Source of the DNA: Lama glama
Lineage: Eukaryota
Length of the DNA: 64,000 nt
Direction of reading: 5' to 3'
NCBI GenBank assembly: GCA_028534125.1
Contig: CM052831.1
Location: 930,001-994,000 of the forward strand
Position 1 is the stretch's first letter; each line of letters begins with the position of its first letter. Below are positions 57,511 through 64,000 of this stretch, piece by piece. Under the pieces are notes generated by a model. The model made no database searches. It saw nothing but the letters and a program-made list of their open reading frames with translations, and was not told where the DNA came from. The position numbers and the translations under genes are program-made.

Positions 57511-60500
57511 AGTCTGTGTCTGAGCAAACCGAGTCGTGGCCTCCTGTCCTACAGCCCACATCGCTTACATAGTCAAAGCCCGCCGCCCTCTCCCCGCACC
57601 CTCCACTGGCTCCGGGACAAAGCATCCTCCCTTCCCGTAGAGGTTCTGTTGTGCAGAGCAAGGAAAATGGGAGTCACGAAGAGTTTTCTTTCCTCTCTGG
57701 TCTTCAAAAAGGCCTTTATAACCAGGTGCATTCCAATGGGAAAACCAGTCGACGTATCAGGACTACGACAAGCTATCACTAAGGGGAACCCTCATTCCTG
57801 AAAATGTGCATAAATGCTCCAAGCTGTGCGTCGTATCTGTGCGCAGAGGATGAGGCAGGAGGTTCCTGACGCTGTTTCAGAGGGCCTCCCTGTCCTGCGA
57901 CTGCAGCGGCAGAAACACAAGGGGCAGGTGGTCTCTCCCGCCGCTCGGCCAGCGGAGATGGGCCACCATCGCAAACCTGTCCAGACGTCTCCACGCAGAC
58001 GCGACAAGGCCCTCAACATCGTGCCTGTCTCACAGCAGCCATTCAGTGAAGGTCAGCTCACCGTGCTTCGGGGGACATCTGTGACCACCTGTGTCACTTA
58101 GACATCTTACCACGAGCCTGTTCCCACATCTCACGGCACCTGCTCCACTTGGAGAAACTTTAGTTCAGGAGACGCTGCCCCTTCACTGACGTGCTTCAAG
58201 CCCAGGAGCCGAATGACCACAGGGGCTCTTGGCCTGCCCAGATCAGCCCGCCCCTCCTCCCTCCCTGTACTCAGGGGCTTGGAATTGGGCCCTTGGCCTT
58301 CAGACGAAGCACGCTGATGATTCCTCTCCTTTTTTGGTAAAAAAAAGTTTCCACTGAATAAACCCTCTAAGCAGTTTTTCTGATCTGGTGACATCTGCAC
58401 AATGGCCGGAGAGAAATAATTACTATTGTGGTGCCTACATGAGCCGGCCCTTCTCCAGGACACGGGGAAGAGACAGCTGGCCCTGCCTAGCAGCTAGGTT
58501 TTCTGTGTTGAAGAAAGGAAGCGAGTGGCGTGGTAAAGAGGGCTGTCTCAAACCTTTCCAACGGAAGCAGAGCAGAGGGAAAACGTACAGCTTACCGGCA
58601 CGGGAGCCTGCAGGTGTTGCAAACGGAGTGTGTGCTGGGTTCTATGATTTCGGGTTTCTAGGGGAAGTTTCTGGCTCATCACACAGATGGGAAAACTGAG
58701 GCTATGACAGGTAAACTGACTTGTCCCCGTAACACAGCCAGAAACAGCAGGCCAGGCCCTGAGCCAAGTCCCTCTGCCTCCATCCAAGACAGTCACATGA
58801 AGAAAGCCCCAGGCTGGGCTCATGCTGAAAACAGAGACACCCCTCCTTCCCAACGTGACACTCACAGGATGCAGTTAGTTCGAGGCACGCGCAGGAGCTG
58901 CGGAGGAGAAGGGCAGTGTTTCCACTCTTGGAATCGCCCCGACACCGGGTCTGTCCCTTGGTTGAGCTTGGCTGCTGCCGGTGGGAGTCAGACCATCTCC
59001 AAGCAGAGCCTCAGCAGAGGTGCAAGGTGGGGGCTGGCACAGCACCCTCGACAGACTGCGCGTCATGAGCTATTCCTGGAGCTGCCTGGGCACTTCTGTC
59101 AGACGGTGAAGAAACCCCAGGGCCACGTGCCTGGGGGCTGCGCTCCAAGCCCAGCTGCTCAGAAGCCAGCACCCTGAGCGGCACTGCTGGTCGGGCAGAG
59201 CCTGCAGCATCCCACCCCAAAGCAGTTCTCCAAAAGTTCAAGCCCCAGCAGGGAAAGAGTACTGGGACTTGAGTCCAGCTTTGCGCCTCTGCCCCTGCGG
59301 CTGCGCAGCCTTGGGCAAATTACTCAACGTCTCTGAGCTCGGGGCTTCCTCAATGAGAACGATGCCTGCGTCACAGCATTGCTGCAACTAAACGGATTAA
59401 ATGGGGGGAGGAGAGTACTAGCACAGAGATGACGGATTTTCCTGGGCGGGAGAGCGCTAGTTGATTTTCTATAAACAGGGTCCATCCTCTAGTCCAAACT
59501 CATACCCCACATGATTCACCACTCTGAACTCAGACAAACCTAGAGAAGCCACCATTTTTAAGCAAATGCCTCATAATTCAGCAGACGTTCTCTGAGCCCC
59601 TGGTATGTGCTAGGTACCAGGCGGGCTGTAGAGACCAGCCAGCCTCAGTCGCTGGGTCCCTGTCCTCAGAGCACGTTTGTGACGGATGCACTGAGACAGG
59701 GGCCCGTGGTGTGGGAGTGGTGCCTGGGGAGGTGATGACCACCGGCCCTGCTTCCTGGGGCTGACCAGGCAAACCCCTTCTTCCTCGCTGCTGTGCCTCG
59801 TCACAGCTGCTGTGTTGGGTGGGGTGTTCTGGTCCAGGTTGGAGGTGAGATGCCAAGGGAGGGTTGTCTCTCTAAGGCTCCTCCATCTCCGGCAGGCAGG
59901 GCCTTGGCTTCCAGAATCAGTGCAGGAGCCCACGATGCTCTGCGGCCACGCATGTGTGGAAGGGCCTGGGGCAGACTGCGCCCCGCCTCCAGCCCGGTTT
60001 CCAGCCCACACCAGAGGTATTGCCGGCCCTTTTTTGCAGATGAGGAAACAGAGGCCCAGAGAGGCCCAGGCGCAACACTCAGGCCGCCTCTGTCCCAGCA
60101 GGTCCTGGAGCCTCACTTCTCCAGCCCGGCCCCTGGGGGCCCAGTTCTCCAGCTTGGACTCACCTGGCCTTCGCCCACAGAGCTTCCTTCTCGAAGGTCC
60201 AGGCCAGCACCAAGTACATGCAGGCTCCTGTCCACGAGATGTTCCTGCTGTGAGCATCTCAGGCGAGCCATTTATTCTAGGAGAGAACTCAAGGCACTGA
60301 GGGCGCTTCAGGGAGCTGCGAGCAGGAGCTCTGGTCCCGGCCCTCCCACTCCCACTTGTTCCCTGACCTGCGACAATCCCTCCTCCTCCTTCAGAAGCAA
60401 CTTGGGGAAACCAAATTAAGTGAAGGCTCCAGCTCCAAGAACCCCTGGGAAGGTTTCTGGGGGAAATGCAGCGGGGCATTTATTTACAAGTTGGTAACAT

Positions 60501-61809
60501 TTCTGTTTAAAAATTGTCACCAGAGGCTTGGTGAGGCACCTCGTCTGCCACACGGGGTCCTTTCTCAGCTGGGAGGGACCCGCTGGCTGCCTCCCCATCC
60601 CTTCTGCTGGCGGCCTTGGCACTTGGCAGTGTCGCAGCTGATTATTTTTAGCTCTTGGCAGGTCGGCCATCCCAGTCACATGCTGTTTGAGCTCCCACTT
60701 CAGAAAGGCTCCAGCTCACAGAACAGAGCTGATGCCCCCTCCCCCAGGCAGCCCTCTGTGGCTACCTAGGGACATGTTTCAGTGCAGCCAGCACTGGCCC
60801 TTCCTGTTTTGAATTATCCCCCAGTGGCTCCTTTCCCTGGTTCACCTGTAGCCAGGGCTATTTCTAACGTTAATTTACTTTCACACTTAGGGAGACTGCC
60901 AGGATGGGCTTGGTCCCAGGAACCTGGGGTCCTGGCTCCTCCCTACCGGGCCTCCCAACCTCTGCAGTGAGGAGATGGGCCTCCCAGGCAGGCTGTCAGT
61001 GACCAACAACCAACAGTAAGAACGATCATGATTTTGGCTTCAGTCACGAGTTCGAGTGCAAGAAGAGGCCCCGCTCACAGCCCTTCTGGGCCCGGTTCCC
61101 TCCTTGGTGCCCCCAGGTAGCCCCTTCCAGGAGCTTGACGTCGGGCTCCATCATCAGCACCTCCTCCTCAGGAGGAAGTGGGGCCTGGGTCAGGCCCCTG
61201 ACTGCACAGCCCAGCTGGTGAGCAGGGGAGCTGGGCTTCGAACCCAGGCACCCCTCACCCTAGCCACTCCGGGCCCCAGTCTCACACGGGCGGAGGAGTC
61301 TGCAGCCCCGACGCTGACCAGGGACAGATGCCTAATCCACCTGACTCGAACGCCTTCAGGAGAACACTCAGTATTTGCAGATGGGAAAAAATAATCCAAA
61401 GTAACTGTTACCTAAGTTGGGTGTAGACTGTTTAAATTTAGAAGGTGTCTGGCGCATGGTGGGGAGGCGCTGGCCGCGTGGGGCGTGACGCAGGGCATGT
61501 GCTGACGTGCCTCGGCAGGTGCTAGGCCTGGTGGCACGCCGACCCAGGAGCCAGGGAGCAGACGTCGGGGAAGGAAAGGCCCCCAAGGGCACGTCTCCAA
61601 GGTGGGTTTTTCAGACACCAGTGGGGCACCTGCTGGAGTCCCGACCAAGGGGGTCAGAACAACGACTAAAGTTACCAGCCTCCCGAAATGCCCGGCCAGC
61701 AGCCCATCCACGCCTCGGCGCCGTCTCCAGGAGACTTCCACGGCCACCACCCCCAGCTGTCCTCCCTCCTGGCTCTCATTTGCTCCCTGCTTCTCTTGGA
61801 GTTTGTCTC

Positions 61810-61960
61810 ACTTAATCACTGACCCTATGCGGTAGGTCAAGACCTTGAGTCTTCTCTTGCTGGAGAGGAGAAAACGGAGGTTCAGAGAGGTTCAGTAACT
61901 CGCCCAGGGTCACATACCAAGTAAGTGCTTGAGCTGACTCGAGCCCTGGTCCTCCAGGCA
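61810..61960 (-). mobile_element. MIR SINE
   Basis: gaggagaaaacggaggttcagagaggttcagtaactcgcccagggtcacatac. Confidence 0.7.
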
Positions 61961-64000
61961 CCGAGGTCCATGTTCGCTCCACCTCCAAATGTAACCCATG
62001 TACACATTATAATTAGGTTCATTTTTTCCTCTGTTCCTGAACTGTGGCACAGGATGTCTGTAGCGCAGAGAATTTCCTTCCCTAGAACTATCTATCCCCT
62101 CTTCCTTCTAGACAAAGCATCACATGCAGGTAACTTGACTTTTTTTCTTCCCCAACAAGCGACTCATATGAACACTCCAGAAACTGCTGCTTCCAGAGAC
62201 ATGGAGTGAAGTCCTAAATACTTCGATCTCGAGTCATAGGAACTGTTTCGAGTGAATAGACACTCCTCTGGAGGAAATTCCTTCTGAAGGTAACTGGGCG
62301 GCAAGTTATCAGGCAGCTCCCGCCCTGAGGGAAGACACCACTGGGCTTCCAGCAGCATCCATTTGGCTTTCAAAGCCCCTCGTACGGAGGCTGATTTGGG
62401 GTCTAGACCAAAACTCGCCTGTAACCCTCAAAAGGGCTACATGTTTTTGTCGCCTGCTTCACATGTGAATAAACGAGTGCACTTTCCCCCGTAATCACTG
62501 CCTGCATTTCCTTGAAAATGGAATCAGCGGTGGGCAAAGACGGGACATCGCAAAGGGAAGCCCCAGACGCTGAAAAGTGGCTGCTCGGTCCTGTGGGAGG
62601 TCTCATCATGGGCATCACGTTCGGACTGAGTACAACTGGGAGCCTGAGCCACTGGCCACAGAGAAGGAACCTGTCACCTAATCTGAGGGGGCTGAACAAT
62701 GAGGTTCTCTCCTTGAAGATCGTGTCTGGTGACAAGGTGAAGAGGGGTCTTGGGGGAGGGCAGTGTGGGTAATTACTGAGCACCTACTGGATGCCCAGCA
62801 GCTGCCATGTCACATTTCCTCACAAGGTAGATACTGTGACTCAGCTGCAGGTGGGGAAACAGGCTTAGTGAGGGGTAGTGCCCTGTCCAAGGGCACCAGA
62901 GTCCTGTGTTCTGAAGCTTTTCCCAATGATCATTCCCCAGGGAAGACTCACATCTCTTCCCCTTCACTGCAGGCACACTGCACGCTTCACCAGAGCCCTC
63001 CATGCACGTCTTCTACAGCACATCTGCCTCCTTCACTGCATTGGGCCTCTGGGAGGAGTACCTGGGTCCTGGGACGAGGTACCTGTGTCTGCGTCATTTC
63101 CACAGCCCACTCCCAGCACAGACCTGACACATGGCAGGCTCTTGGACAGTATCTGCTGTAGGAGGTGCAAGTTTGCCTGCTGCAGACATCACACTTTCAA
63201 GTTTAACTATGTCGACACTGCACCTTATTTGAAGTAAATTCTACACAAGAAATACCTGTGATGGACCCTGCCCCCTTCTCCCTGGACTCTCTCCAGCTGA
63301 GTCGGGAAATCCTGGGGTGGGCCTGGCCGTGCGGGTGTCCGAAGCCTTCCTGGGGCCCCTGACGCTGCTGGGGTTTGGACCCGCTCTCTGGTTCTGTCCT
63401 ACAGCCACACTGACCTCCCTGCTGTTAGTATTATAATCGTATCTTCATTTCACCGATGAGCAAATGGAGGCTTGTGGAGGTTTTTGTTTTATGCAAGAAC
63501 GAGGCAGGTGACCAAATAAACACGTGCCAGAGACGTCTATCCAAGGTGGCAGGGGACGAGTGAGGTGAACAAAGAAGGACGAGGAGGGAACACAGAGACC
63601 TGGCAGGGGTACCGGGGCAGCAGGACGCTCCCCTCTCTGACAGGCCTGCAGTGAGCTCTCTGCACCCACCCTTGGATGGAAACACCCCTCTCTCCCCGCC
63701 ACCAACCGCCGAGAACTCCTCAAGCATCAAAGAGCAACTAATAGCAATTTTTTTCACTCTCATATTTACTAAGGCAAGAAAAAATAACACATTTTTCAGA
63801 CACTGAAAACATATTACTGTAACTGACGGCAATCTATTTTAGAACAGATCCAGCAAAGGACCTTGACTCAAAACTCTCCCCGTGTGGAGAACACACACAC
63901 ATCATCCTTTCCCCCTTGAATTTCCTCAACACTCTTCTGACTAGGGGGCCCCACCCAAAGAGACTCAGGCATAACTGCTACCCACAAACATTCCCTCAGA

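Noticed and set aside
38243-64000. Search for MGLL exon 3 (ALIFVSHGAGEH...) or a nested gene
   Set aside because: Not seen; ORFs here (e.g. 41334-42236, 53127-53894, 59610-60479) have no domain or exon signature, so the region is treated as intron

Overview
GC-rich mammalian genomic DNA from the conserved PODXL2-ABTB1-MGLL cluster. The host is probably a camelid, judged from a vic-1-like tRNA SINE and cetartiodactyl-type L1s. The window holds the last two coding exons of PODXL2 (+, 848-1740), the complete 12-exon ABTB1 (+, CDS 2058-8473, about 470 aa) and the last five coding exons plus 3' UTR of MGLL (-, 14886-38242). From 38243 to the end is MGLL intron; the upstream exons lie outside the window. 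There are two assembly gaps, one flanked by a false 199-bp duplication, and many old repeats (L1, MIR, L2, MLT1, MER39-like, MER53-like). I found no new multi-gene system. The best leads are: (1) the orphan CpG island between ABTB1 and MGLL is an L1 5'UTR plus ORF1 start that appears to have gained GC/CpG instead of decaying, and it points antisense into the MGLL 3' UTR; (2) ABTB1 exon 7 has a shifted splice donor that removes about 7 residues; (3) a minisatellite in an MGLL intron is built from repeated splice-donor motifs; (4) a forkhead-palindrome/AP-1/donor module lies in MGLL intron 3. All comparisons with human proteins and repeat consensuses are from memory and need alignment.
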